Source: Chloroflexota bacterium (GTDB lineage Bacteria; Chloroflexota; Dehalococcoidia; Lucifugimonadales; UBA3495). Taken from it: a stretch of DNA of 64,000 nt. Numbering within the stretch: the stretch's first letter is position 1; every line of letters begins with the position of its first letter. The stretch covers positions 117,497 to 181,496 of the forward strand of contig JAQBVF010000001.1 in NCBI GenBank assembly GCA_027623675.1, given 5' to 3'. Shown piece after piece: positions 21,532-31,487 of the stretch. The translations under genes and the position numbers were made by a program. The notes beneath the pieces are model-generated. The model searched no databases. It had not been told where the DNA came from and was given only the letters and a program-made list of their open reading frames with translations.

Positions 21532-21532
<1 letters not shown>

Positions 21533-22122
21533 TGGCGGAGATAACATTTGAGCGTGGTCACACGGCGCTACTCATCGCCGATTTCTACGCCGAGATGATG
21601 AACACCCTGCCCCACGCCACCGAGCGGGGCGTGGTGGCCAAGGCCGCCGCGGTGCAGGCCGCCGCCCGGCAGGCCGGAGTCATGGTCTGCTACTGCGCCA
21701 CCGTGTTCCGGCCGGGCTATCCCGAGATCGGCCAGAGGAACAAGACGTTCAGCCAGCGCAAGGCCTCGGGCCAGACCGCCAACCCGGACCCCATGGACGT
21801 CATCCACCCGTCGGTCAGGCCCCAAGAGGGTGAGGTTGTGGTGGGCAAGCACCGGGTGAACGCCCTCTACGGCACCGGACTGGACGTGGCGTTGCGGGCC
21901 AACGATATCCGCGACCTGGTGGTCCTGGGCTACGCCACCAGCGGCGTTGTCTTGTCGACCGTCCGCTACGGCGCCGACCTGGATTACAACCTTTTCGTGG
22001 TCGAGGACTGCTGTTCCGACTCCGACGCCGACGTCCACGATTTCTTGACCCAGCGCATCCTGTCCCGCCAGGCGGAAGTGTGCGGCTCGGACGATGTTAT
22101 CCGGGCGTTGGGAGCTATATAG
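21532..22122 (+). CDS. Isochorismatase-family cysteine hydrolase
   Basis: TALLIAD, KHRVNALYGT, GYATSGVVLSTVR, VEDCC. Confidence 0.88.
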
Positions 22123-22272
22123 TTGGCCGACCTGCCCCCGGATCAGCGTTCTAAGCATGATAGCTCCCGGCGTTACCAGATTCGCACCCGGTACATCGCC
22201 GTCGCCGCGTTGGCCATCGCCATCGGCCACGTTGTCTACGCATTCCTGCGCGACCACGTTTTCGATTATTGA
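22123..22272 (+). CDS. Small single-TM protein (49 aa), absent from the ORF track
   Basis: GGAG-8 nt-TTG directly after the upstream stop; MADLPPDQRSKHDSSRRYQIRTRYIAVAALAIAIGHVVYAFLRDHVFDY. Confidence 0.6.
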   Translation: MADLPPDQRSKHDSSRRYQIRTRYIAVAALAIAIGHVVYAFLRDHVFDY

Positions 22273-22494
22273 TCGCTGATGCCCGCCTGGGACGAGGGTT
22301 GCCATGCGGTCCCTTAAACCAATAAGTCACCCGAACCGGCACTACCTGCGGGTTGCCTGCGCCGCGTTTCGCCATTAATATGCACTCAGATACGCGTCCC
22401 GTATCATAAAGACCGACCGGGGCCTCAGTTCGCAGGCTTCGGGCGGATCACTCAATCAAGCGGAGGTGCTCAGGTTCTAGATCGTATTCTCTCT

Positions 22495-23352
22495 TTGTTT
22501 CGCAGCAAGACAGCGGAGCTCGAAATCGAAAAAACAGGCGGGTCATCCCAGCCCGGCGGCACCATGGATGTCCAGATCGCGATACGGCCCCGGAAGGGAA
22601 TGAAGGTCAAGACCGGCCAGGTGGAATTGGTCTGCAACGAGCAATGGTGGGAGAAAGAAACCCCTGGAGACAGCGGTAGCGGGAAGCTTCAAACGCATTC
22701 GGTATTGTCCCAGCCGCTGGTCCAATCTTTTATCGCAGACACAGAAATATCCGCCGCCGAACCGGTCGTCAGGTACGCAAGATTTCAGATTCCCAAAGAA
22801 GTCCCGCCCACGGTCCACGGGTCGGTGGCACAGGTGTCGTGGCAACTCTCCGCCCGGCTGGAGATCGAGAACGGAAACCCGATCACCGTGTCCCAGGAAG
22901 TGACGGTTCTAACTCCTCAGGTGGTCAAGGCCGGACGCAGCGTGGCCTCTCTTTCAGAAGAGGCCATTTTCACCGATTGCACCCTGGCTCTGGTCTTGGT
23001 TAACGACGTGGTCGGCGCTGGCGGCTTCCTCGAGGGTGAACTGCGGGCCAAGGTAAACAGCCCTCAGCAAGCCAAAGACGTCAGGATGGAGCTGCACAGC
23101 TCCGAAAGCGCCGGGGAACGGGAAGTGGAGTCCGTCCGGGAGCGGGTTTCTCTGGTGGCCAACTTACAGTTGAACACCTCGGATGAGCCCTACGTATGGG
23201 CTTTCAGCCTGCCGGTCCCGGCGCAGACCCTGCCGACGGTGAAGAGTGGGCATACCGCGGTGTCGTGGCGTCTAAAAGCGGTGGTGGACACGGAACAGAC
23301 CAAAGAGGCCTACCACTTGGAGCGCGACGTCCAGGTATTCACGTCCACGTAG
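22495..23352 (+). CDS. Tandem arrestin-N/Spo0M-like beta-sandwich protein
   Basis: Two internal repeats: F.IP...PPTV.G....VSW.L.A.L and FSLPVP...LPTV.S....VSW.L.A.V; true start may be near 22474. Confidence 0.7.
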   Translation: MFRSKTAELEIEKTGGSSQPGGTMDVQIAIRPRKGMKVKTGQVELVCNEQWWEKETPGDSGSGKLQTHSVLSQPLVQSFIADTEISAAEPVVRYARFQIPKEVPPTVHGSVAQVSWQLSARLEIENGNPITVSQEVTVLTPQVVKAGRSVASLSEEAIFTDCTLALVLVNDVVGAGGFLEGELRAKVNSPQQAKDVRMELHSSESAGEREVESVRERVSLVANLQLNTSDEPYVWAFSLPVPAQTLPTVKSGHTAVSWRLKAVVDTEQTKEAYHLERDVQVFTST

Positions 23353-23361
23353 CGACGCGAC

Positions 23362-24714
23362 TTAGGCGTCCCCATCGCCGGCCTTGCCATGCCACCAGCG
23401 TTCCAACCGCTGGCCGATCTCCCGCTCTGCCCCTTCTTCGCTGGGTTGATAATAACGGCGTCCTTTCAGGGACGGCGGAAGATACTCTTGTTCCTCGAAA
23501 TGGCCCTCGAAGTCGTGGGAATACTTGTAGTCTTTGCCGTATCCCATGTCCTGCATCATCCCCGTCACGGCGTTGCGCAGGTGAATGGGCACCGGCTCGT
23601 TGGCCTGCTCCCGAACGTCGCGCATCGCCTGGTTCAGCGCCGCGTAGGCCGAGTTGCTCTTGGGGGCGGCGGCCAGATAAACGGTCGCTTCGGCCAGCGC
23701 GATCCGTCCCTCGGGCATGCCCAGGAAGTGGACCGCCTGCTGGGCCGCCACCGCCACCGGCAGCGCCTGCGGGTCGGCCAGGCCGATGTCCTCTGACGCC
23801 AGAATCACCAGCCGCCTGGCGATGAACAGCGGGTCCTCTCCCGATTCGACCATCCGCGCCAGCCAGTAGATGGCGCCGTCTGGCGACGAACCCCGGACCG
23901 ACTTTATGAACGCCGAGATGGTGTCGTAGTGGCTCTCCCCCGACTTGTCGTACATGGGTGAGCGCCTTTGGAGGGCATCTGAAACGGTCTCCAGATCTAT
24001 CACACGCTTGCCATCGGCGCTGGGGGTGCTGGCGTAGGCCGCCGTCTCCAGAGCGTTCAAGGCGATCCTTGCGTCCCCGTTGGCGATATTCACCAGATGC
24101 CCCATCGCGTCATCGGCCAGCGTCGCGTGCATCGGGCCAAGCCCCCGTGCCTGGTCGGCCAGGGCACGCTGGATGATGGCCTTCATCTGGTCCGGCGTCA
24201 GGCTCTGCAGGGTAAACACCCGGCACCGGGACAGCAGCGGGGCGATGACCTCGAATGACGGGTTCTCGGTGGTGGCGCCGATGAAGGTGATGGTGCCGTC
24301 CTCGACATGGGGCAGGATGACGTCCTGCTGGGCTTTGTTGAAGCGGTGAATCTCGTCCACGAAGAGGATGGTGGACTGCTGGTGCATCCCCTTCCGGTCT
24401 CTTGCCTCACCCACTATGCGGCGCAGGTCGGCCACCCCCGATGTGACGGCGCTGACCGGTTGGAAATCGGCCTGAGTAGACGTGGCCACGATCCGGGCGA
24501 GAGTGGTCTTGCCGGTGCCGGGCGGGCCCCAGAGGATGATGGACGGCAGGCGTCCGGCGGCGATCGACTTGAGCAGCACCCGGCCGGGGTCCACGATCTG
24601 GTCCTGGCCCACGAACTCGTCAAACGTTTTCGGCCGCATGCGTTCAGCCAGCGGAGCGTCACGCTCGGCCTGGGCCTTTCTGCCGTGCTCGAACAATGAC
24701 TCGGAAGTGCTCAT
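23362..24714 (-). CDS. rarA: Replication-associated recombination protein A
   Basis: PLAERMRP, GPPGTGKT, DEIHRFNKAQQD, GATTENPSFEV, ISAFIKSVRGS, ASEDIGLADP. Confidence 0.96.
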   Translation of the reverse strand: MSTSESLFEHGRKAQAERDAPLAERMRPKTFDEFVGQDQIVDPGRVLLKSIAAGRLPSIILWGPPGTGKTTLARIVATSTQADFQPVSAVTSGVADLRRIVGEARDRKGMHQQSTILFVDEIHRFNKAQQDVILPHVEDGTITFIGATTENPSFEVIAPLLSRCRVFTLQSLTPDQMKAIIQRALADQARGLGPMHATLADDAMGHLVNIANGDARIALNALETAAYASTPSADGKRVIDLETVSDALQRRSPMYDKSGESHYDTISAFIKSVRGSSPDGAIYWLARMVESGEDPLFIARRLVILASEDIGLADPQALPVAVAAQQAVHFLGMPEGRIALAEATVYLAAAPKSNSAYAALNQAMRDVREQANEPVPIHLRNAVTGMMQDMGYGKDYKYSHDFEGHFEEQEYLPPSLKGRRYYQPSEEGAEREIGQRLERWWHGKAGDGDA

Positions 24715-24751
24715 TGGTGTTCACCTCCCACCTGGGCTACTCGAACCGGGA

Positions 24752-25774
24752 CTACTGGAACCGGGGCATGACTTCTTTGGCAAATAACCGCATTGAGCTT
24801 TGGACCTCGGCGTGGGGAAGCATGCCGCCAATGTTGAACCAGCACATGAACTCCTCCGGCCCGTACAGGTCCCTGAATCTCTCCAGCTTGGCCGTCACCT
24901 GGTCCGGCGTGCCCACGGCGGCGAACTCCTCCATCACACTCTCGGCAGTTAGGGTCGACGCCCGGCTGGAACCCTTGCTGGCGCCCCTGGCCCGGCCGAT
25001 GTCCCGGAGCGTGTCCAGGTAGTTGTCGATGGTTTTGGTAAACCCGGCCCTGGCCTCTTTCTCCGAAGCGGCCACGTGTATCGGGACGTTTACGTTGACC
25101 TTCACATCGGCGGCATCGTGGCCGTTCTCCGCCAGTTCCGCCCGGTAAGACGCCAACCCGGCCAGAGCTCCTTCCCTGCTCACGATGGTCGGCGCAACGA
25201 GGATGTTGTGCCCCAACTCGCCGACGATGCCGAAGGTGTCGGCACTGTTGGCGGCCACGTACACCGGAGGATGGGGCTGCTGCAACGGCTTGGGAATCAC
25301 GCCGAGGCCATGGGCCTGGAAGTACTTGCCCTGGTAGGTGAAATTATCGTCGGCCCACGAACCCAGCACCACCTCCAGCCCTTCCAGAAAGCGGTCCCGG
25401 CCCTCTTCCTGGTCGATGCCGTAACCCTCGAAGTGGGTCGGCATGGAACCCCGGCCCACGCCGAAGATGGCCCGGCCGTTGGATAGCACATCCAGGGTCG
25501 CCACCTCTTCGGCCAGGCGGATGGGCTGGTGCAGCGGGAGCAGGCTGACGGCGTTGCCGATCCGGATGCGCTTGGTGGCCTGGGCAACAGCCGAGGCGAT
25601 CATCAACGGGGCCGACATGACCGAGAACCAGGGATTGAAGTGAAGCTCGGCCAGCCAAACTGAGTCAAAACCAAGTTCATCGGCCAGTTGGCATTGGGCG
25701 ATGGTGTCCCGGACGCGGGCGGCTGGATCTTGGTCCACCGCGCAAGGGAGTTGGAAAAAGATGCCGAACTCCAT
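24752..25774 (-). CDS. LLM class flavin-dependent oxidoreductase
   Basis: ADELGFDSVWLAELHF, PIRLAEEVATLDVLSNGR, PKPLQQPHPP, LFAKEVMP. Confidence 0.92.
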   Translation of the reverse strand: MEFGIFFQLPCAVDQDPAARVRDTIAQCQLADELGFDSVWLAELHFNPWFSVMSAPLMIASAVAQATKRIRIGNAVSLLPLHQPIRLAEEVATLDVLSNGRAIFGVGRGSMPTHFEGYGIDQEEGRDRFLEGLEVVLGSWADDNFTYQGKYFQAHGLGVIPKPLQQPHPPVYVAANSADTFGIVGELGHNILVAPTIVSREGALAGLASYRAELAENGHDAADVKVNVNVPIHVAASEKEARAGFTKTIDNYLDTLRDIGRARGASKGSSRASTLTAESVMEEFAAVGTPDQVTAKLERFRDLYGPEEFMCWFNIGGMLPHAEVQSSMRLFAKEVMPRFQ

Positions 25775-25945
25775 TGGTGTCTCCATCTGATGGCTTTTGG
25801 GGTAGAGCGAATCGCCAGGCCGCAAGCCGTGAACCATGGCGAGCTAGCGGCCCGCCTATTCTAATACAAACGTATGGGGTCGATTTGCCGCCGCCCCCGT
25901 TGATGGATCGGCGAGTCTGAACTGTGGCTGGCCGGTAGCGCCGCC

Positions 25946-27511
25946 CTACAGCGGGATGTTGCCGTGCTTCTTGGGGGGGAGGCTGTCGCGCTTGTTTTGG
26001 AGCATCACCAGAGCTTTGATGATCTGGGTCCGGGTCTCGGCGGGGTCGATCACGTCGTCCAGGAACCCGCGTCCGGCCGCGATATAGGGCGTGGTGAAGC
26101 GGTCTTGGTACTCTTTGATCAACTCTTGGCGCTTGGCGTCCGGGTCATCGGCCTGGGATATCTCGCTGCGGTAGATTATGTTCACTGCGCCTTCAGCCCC
26201 CATGACGGCGATCTCCGCCGATGGCCAGGCGAGGTTGATATCGGAGCGCAGGTGCTTGCTGCTCATCACGATGTAGGCCCCGCCGTAGGCCTTGCGGATG
26301 ATGACCGCGACCTTGGGCACCGTGGCCTCGGCATAGGCGTATATCAGCTTCGCGCCGTGCCGAATTATCCCGCCGTATTCCTGCTCCACGCCGGGCATGA
26401 AACCGGGGACATCCACCAAGGTCACGATGGGAATGTTGAAACAGTCGCAGAAGCGAATAAAGCGCGCCGCCTTGGCCGATGCGTCGATATCCAGAACTCC
26501 GGCCAAGTACTCGGGCTGGTTGCCCACCAGGCCCACCGCCATTCCGTTCATCCGGGCGAACCCGACCACCACGTTGGGCGCGAAGTTCTGATGGACCTCC
26601 ATGAACTCTTCATCGTCGATGATCTTGTAGATGACCTCCCGCATGTCGTAGGGGCGGTTTGAGTCGTCGGGAATGAGATATCGCAGGTCGGGTTCGTTCC
26701 GGGTCGGCGGGTCGTCCGTGGGGACTTCGGGAATCTCATCCATGTTGTTGCTGGGCAGGAAGCCGAGGAGGCGGCGCACTTCGTTGATGCACTCCTCTTC
26801 AGTCTCGTAGACGAATTGGGCCACACCACTCCGGGTGGCATGGGTCGCCGCGCCACCCAGGTCCTCGTGGGTCACTTCTTCGCCGGTCACCGCCTTGATG
26901 ACATCGGGACCGGTGATGTACATCTGGCCCGTGCCTTTGACCATGAAAACGAAGTCGGTGATTGCCGGAGAGTACACCGCGCCGCCGGCGGAAGGGCCAA
27001 CGATCACCGATATCTGGGGGATGACGCCTGAATACATGGTGTTGCGGAGGAATATATCGCCGTAGGCCCCCAGGCTGGTGACCCCTTCTTGGATGCGGGC
27101 CCCGCCCGAGTCGTTGAGCCCCACGGCGGGACAGCCGGCCTTGACCGCCAGGTCCAGCATCTTACAGATCTTCTGGCTGACCGCCTCCGAAAGGGAGCCG
27201 CCCATCACGGTGAAGTCCTGGGCAAAGGCGAAGACCTGCCGGCCCTCCACCAGTCCGTAGCCGGTCACTACCGCGTCGCCCAGGATCTTGCGGTCGCCCA
27301 GACCGAAGTCGGTTGCCCGGTGGGTGACGAACGGGTCCAACTCCTGGAAGGTGCCGTCGTCCATCAGCAGGTTCAATCGCTCACGAGCGGTGAGCTTGCC
27401 CCGGCTGTGCTGTTGGTCTATCCGGTCCTGGCCGCCGCCTTTCAACGCTTCTTGGCGCATGGCGTCCAGGGCTTCTATCTTCTCGTCCATCTGCCTTTTT
27501 TCCGCAGTCAC
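25946..27511 (-). CDS. Acyl-CoA carboxylase beta subunit (PccB/MmdA-like)
   Basis: GKLTARER, DSGGARIQEG, GGAVYSPAITDF, DVPGFMPG, RKAYGGAY, KKHGNIPL. Confidence 0.93.
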   Translation of the reverse strand: MTAEKRQMDEKIEALDAMRQEALKGGGQDRIDQQHSRGKLTARERLNLLMDDGTFQELDPFVTHRATDFGLGDRKILGDAVVTGYGLVEGRQVFAFAQDFTVMGGSLSEAVSQKICKMLDLAVKAGCPAVGLNDSGGARIQEGVTSLGAYGDIFLRNTMYSGVIPQISVIVGPSAGGAVYSPAITDFVFMVKGTGQMYITGPDVIKAVTGEEVTHEDLGGAATHATRSGVAQFVYETEEECINEVRRLLGFLPSNNMDEIPEVPTDDPPTRNEPDLRYLIPDDSNRPYDMREVIYKIIDDEEFMEVHQNFAPNVVVGFARMNGMAVGLVGNQPEYLAGVLDIDASAKAARFIRFCDCFNIPIVTLVDVPGFMPGVEQEYGGIIRHGAKLIYAYAEATVPKVAVIIRKAYGGAYIVMSSKHLRSDINLAWPSAEIAVMGAEGAVNIIYRSEISQADDPDAKRQELIKEYQDRFTTPYIAAGRGFLDDVIDPAETRTQIIKALVMLQNKRDSLPPKKHGNIPL

Positions 27512-27667
27512 AACCCCTCCCGAAACATCGCGAACAGGCACGCTCGACCGTGGTTCATAGTAGCAGACGCTCCGAACGAGGAGCAAGGAGCCTGGGCGTG
27601 CCCCACAGTGATAAAATGGTGGCGTTTCCCTGCAGATCCTCTTTCATTTCCACGGAGTGCCCAAACC

Positions 27668-28534
27668 ATGCCCCAAGTGCAGACCCCCATGAGCGATCTG
27701 ACCGTGGCCAACGGCGAAAGGCTGGCCTGGGGGACCCGCACCTATGTGATGGGCATCATCAACCTTACGCCGGATTCGTTCTCGGGGGACGGACTCGGCG
27801 GCGATGTCTCGGCGGTGGTGGACCAGGCTCTGCGGTTCCAAGGAGAGGGCGCGGACCTTCTGGACCTGGGCGCCGAGTCATCCCGTCCCGGCCACGAACC
27901 GGTCTCACTGGAAGAGGAACTACACCGGTTGATGCCCGCGCTGGAAGCGGTAGCCAACCGGGTGGACCTGCCCATCAGCGTTGATACCTATAAGGTTGAT
28001 GTGGCCCGCCGCGCCGTCGATGCCGGAGCCGTTATCATCAACGACATCTGGGGGCTGAAAGCCGAACCGCTGCTGGCGCAGGCCGCCGCCGACACCGGCG
28101 CCGGTCTGGTCCTGATGCACAACCAATCCGGGACCGCGTACCAAGACCTGCTGACGGACGTGGCCGCAAGCCTGCAAGCCAGCGTCGCCACGGCCATCGC
28201 CGCAGGGGTCCCGCAGGGGAACATCATCGTTGACCCTGGCATCGGCTTCGGCAAAACACCCGACCAGAACCTGGCGGTCTTGGCTGGACTGGGCGAACTC
28301 CAAGCCATCGGTTGCCCCTTGTTGGTGGGCACGTCCCGCAAGTCCACCTTGGGGCTGCTGTTGGACCTGCCGCCCGACCAGCGTGTCGAGGCCACTGCGG
28401 CCACGGTTGCCCTGTCCATCGCCGGCGGGGCCGACATCGTGCGGGTCCACGACGTCAAGGAGATGGTCCGGGTCTGCCGGGTAACCGACGCCGTGGTCCG
28501 GGGTTGGCGGCCCGCGGACTGGAAGACGTCTTGA
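27668..28534 (+). CDS. folP: Dihydropteroate synthase
   Basis: VMGIINLTPDSFSGDG, GAESSRPG, DPGIGFGK, GTSRKS, VRVHDV. Confidence 0.96.
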   Translation: MPQVQTPMSDLTVANGERLAWGTRTYVMGIINLTPDSFSGDGLGGDVSAVVDQALRFQGEGADLLDLGAESSRPGHEPVSLEEELHRLMPALEAVANRVDLPISVDTYKVDVARRAVDAGAVIINDIWGLKAEPLLAQAAADTGAGLVLMHNQSGTAYQDLLTDVAASLQASVATAIAAGVPQGNIIVDPGIGFGKTPDQNLAVLAGLGELQAIGCPLLVGTSRKSTLGLLLDLPPDQRVEATAATVALSIAGGADIVRVHDVKEMVRVCRVTDAVVRGWRPADWKTS

Positions 28535-29022
28535 ACGGTGTCATCTGCTATCTGGGGCTTGGCGCCAACCTGGGCGACCGGCGGAGCAACCTGGACCTTG
28601 CCGTTCAGGGACTGGGATCCGGCGTAGAGCTGACGGTGCTCCGGACCTCCAGCGTCTACCAGACCGCCCCCTGGGGCCTGCTGGACCAGCCCGAATTCCT
28701 TAACATGGTGGCTGAGATATCCACCGTCATGTCGCCCCAGGACCTGCTCAAGCACGTAAAAAGCTTGGAGCAGGACTTGGGCCGGGTGCCCGGTGTCCGG
28801 CTTGGCCCCCGCCTGATCGACGTGGACATCCTGCTGTACGGAGACCAAGTGGTGGAGCAGCCAGACCTACATATTCCCCACGCCAGCCTGCATCTCAGGG
28901 CCTTCGCACTGGTCCCTCTGGCCGAGTTGGCGCCCCAGGCGGTGCACCCGGTCCTTGGCGCGACCATCGCCGGCCTGGCCGGGCAGGTAGACGGTTTGGA
29001 CGGCGTAACCCGGTGCGTCTAA
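28531..29022 (+). CDS. folK: 2-amino-4-hydroxy-6-hydroxymethyldihydropteridine diphosphokinase
   Basis: YLGLGANLGDR, QPEFLN, GPRLIDVDILLYG, IPH...RAFALVPL; overlaps the folP stop. Confidence 0.95.
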   Translation: MNGVICYLGLGANLGDRRSNLDLAVQGLGSGVELTVLRTSSVYQTAPWGLLDQPEFLNMVAEISTVMSPQDLLKHVKSLEQDLGRVPGVRLGPRLIDVDILLYGDQVVEQPDLHIPHASLHLRAFALVPLAELAPQAVHPVLGATIAGLAGQVDGLDGVTRCV

Positions 29023-29068
29023 ATCCGATCGGTTAATCCCAGATGGGCCGATTCGTGCCTGAAATGGA

Positions 29069-29117
29069 TTAGCAGTCGCGACGCCCGGTTGACAATCTGG
29101 CCCGTCTGACGCATGAT
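29069..29117 (+). promoter_or_regulatory. groEL promoter with a degenerate CIRCE (HrcA) element overlapping the -35
   Basis: TTAGCAGTC-N9-GGTTGACAA; TTGACA(29089)-17 nt-CATGAT. Confidence 0.55.
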
Positions 29118-29214
29118 TTTCAATCGGGAGTGCCCCAGTATCAATCTACGGACAAAAATCGCCCGAGCTGACGGCTGTTCTAGCGACGGCACTTATAGGA
29201 ACGAGGAGACAGTC

Positions 29215-30840
29215 ATGGCCGACAAGCAACTCACATTTGACGAAGATGCCCGCGCTAGCTTGATGCGCGGCGTGGATGAGCTTAAACGGGTGGTTGGGCT
29301 AACCCTAGGCCCCAGCGGCCGCAACGTTCTGCTCAGCCGAATGTTTGGACTGCCCATCGTTTGCAGCGACGGCGTCACCGTCGCCAAAGAGGTGGAACTG
29401 CCCGACCCCTACGAGAACCTGGGCGCCCAACTGGTCAAGGAGGCCGCATCCAAGACCAACGACGCGGTTGGCGACGGCACCACCACCTCGGTCGTGCTGA
29501 CCCAGTCCATCCTCCGGAACGGCTTTATGAACGTGGCGTCGGGGGCCAACGGCATCGGCATCCGCGATGGCGTTGACCTCGCGGTGGCGGCCGTGGTCGC
29601 CGAGCTGAAGAACATGGCGATCCCCGTGAAGGACCGCGACCAAGTCGCCCGAGTCGCCGCCCTCTCCGCCCACGAAGAACCCATCGCCGAATTGCTGGCC
29701 GATGCCCTGGACAAAGTGGGACGGGACGGCGTGGTGACCATCGAAGAATCCAAGTCACTGGTTGACGAATTGGAGTTCGTGGAGGGCGTCCGCGTGGACC
29801 GCGGCTATCTCTCCCCCCACTTCGTCAGCGACACCCAGCGGATGGAAGCGGCCATCGACAATCCCATGTTCCTCCTGACCGACCAGAAGATCAGCTCCCC
29901 CAACGAGGTCGTTGGAATCATGGAAAAGATGCTGCAGGCCGGAAAACGCTCGTTGGTCATCATCGCCGAAGATGTTGACGGCGAGGCTCTGTCCACCCTG
30001 GTGGTCAACAAGCTGCGGGGCACCATCGACTGCGTGGCCATCAAGGCCCCCGGCTTCGGTGAGCGGCGCAAGGCCCTGCTGGAGGATATCGCCATCGTCA
30101 CCGGCGGCACCGTGATCAGCGCCGACCGGGGCCTCAAGGTCGAGGATGCCGACATCCCGCTCTTGGGCACCGCCCGCCGGCTGGTGGCCAGCAAAGACGA
30201 GTCCACCATCGTTGAGGGACACGGCGACGACACGGCCATCAAAGATCGATTGAACCAACTGCGCGTCCAGATCGAAGAGACCACCTCCGATTACGACCGG
30301 GAGAAACTCCAAGAGCGCATGGCCGCGCTGGTGGGCGGCGTTGCCGTGCTCAAGATCGGCGGCACAACCGAGCCGGAGATCAACGAACGCAAGTCTCGGG
30401 CCGAAGACGCTCTTTCCGCCACCAGGGCCGCCATCGAAGAGGGGATCGTCCCCGGCGGCGGGGTCGCTCTGGTTCGGGCCGGGCATGTCTTGAACGACCT
30501 GATCAGTGGCCTTGAGGGCGACCAAGCCGTCGGCGCGCGGATGGTCCGCGACGCCCTCAGCGCGCCGTTGCTGCTCATCTGCCAGAACGCCGGACATGAA
30601 GGCCAAGTGGTACTGGAAGGTGTTCGCACCGGCGAGGGCGACTGGGGCTTCGACGCCGACAAAGGCGAATATTGCAACTTGATCGCGGCCGGAATCATCG
30701 ACCCGGTGAAAGTCACCAGGTCCGCCCTGGAGAACGCGGGAAGCATCGCGGGAATGATGTTGACCACCCAGGCGATCATCACGGAGATTCCAGAGTTCGT
30801 GCCCCTGCCCCAAGACATCCAAGACTTTATGCACGACTAG
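29215..30840 (+). CDS. groEL: Chaperonin GroEL (stand-alone, divergent)
   Basis: TLGPSGRNV, DGVTVAKE, GDGTTT, KAPGFGERRK, EEGIVPGGG, GIIDPVKVTR. Confidence 0.95.
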   Translation: MADKQLTFDEDARASLMRGVDELKRVVGLTLGPSGRNVLLSRMFGLPIVCSDGVTVAKEVELPDPYENLGAQLVKEAASKTNDAVGDGTTTSVVLTQSILRNGFMNVASGANGIGIRDGVDLAVAAVVAELKNMAIPVKDRDQVARVAALSAHEEPIAELLADALDKVGRDGVVTIEESKSLVDELEFVEGVRVDRGYLSPHFVSDTQRMEAAIDNPMFLLTDQKISSPNEVVGIMEKMLQAGKRSLVIIAEDVDGEALSTLVVNKLRGTIDCVAIKAPGFGERRKALLEDIAIVTGGTVISADRGLKVEDADIPLLGTARRLVASKDESTIVEGHGDDTAIKDRLNQLRVQIEETTSDYDREKLQERMAALVGGVAVLKIGGTTEPEINERKSRAEDALSATRAAIEEGIVPGGGVALVRAGHVLNDLISGLEGDQAVGARMVRDALSAPLLLICQNAGHEGQVVLEGVRTGEGDWGFDADKGEYCNLIAAGIIDPVKVTRSALENAGSIAGMMLTTQAIITEIPEFVPLPQDIQDFMHD

Positions 30841-30941
30841 CCGCACGCGGCATCCCAGCCTATGCGAAGACCGGCCCGGTCCAGCCACCGAACTCAAGTG
30901 GCCGGCCGGGCCTAGTTATTTCTGCGGCTTGAAGCCGCTGA

Positions 30942-31472
30942 TTGGATGATTTAATGCCGGGTACACCGCTGGACCGCGATTCCATCGCCAGCCTGATCTA
31001 CGGGTCTCCGCCTCTGTTGGCGGACTATCTGTCGTTGGAGGCACAACTGCAGCCCAACGGGTTTGATCTGTCTCTAAAGGCTGTAGCCGGGCTGACGACA
31101 CCCGGAGCCGTCGGCGCGGAAGACGCTGACCGGGAATTGTCGGAAACCGAGCCGATGGACTTTGGGCCCGGCGGCTGGCTGCAACTGGCGCCCGGCCCCT
31201 ATCTGGTCACTTTCAATGAAGTGGTCAACCTGCCGCTGAACGTCATGGCATTGGGACGGCCCCGCTCCAGCTTGCTCCGCAGCGGCGTGGCGATCCACAC
31301 CGCCGTTTGGGATGCCGGCTACCGGGGGCGGTCCCAGGCCCTGCTGGTGGTCTATCAGCCGGGCGGCTACCGGGTGCAGCGCGACGCCCGCCTGATGCAA
31401 CTGGTGTTCTTCAGCATGGAGACCGCCGTGGGCGAAGGCTACCAGGGCCGGTTCCAGTCCGAGAATCTCTAG
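30942..31472 (+). CDS. Trimeric dUTPase/dCTP deaminase family protein
   Basis: QLQPNGFDL, RPRSSLLRSG, WDAGYRGR, QLVF, GYQGRFQ. Confidence 0.88.
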   Translation: MDDLMPGTPLDRDSIASLIYGSPPLLADYLSLEAQLQPNGFDLSLKAVAGLTTPGAVGAEDADRELSETEPMDFGPGGWLQLAPGPYLVTFNEVVNLPLNVMALGRPRSSLLRSGVAIHTAVWDAGYRGRSQALLVVYQPGGYRVQRDARLMQLVFFSMETAVGEGYQGRFQSENL

Positions 31473-31487
31473 GATAGTTAAACGCCG

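Noticed and set aside
24738..24767. Imperfect repeat ctactcgaaccggg / ctactggaaccggg
   Set aside because: A small duplication of the LLM gene end; no sign of function
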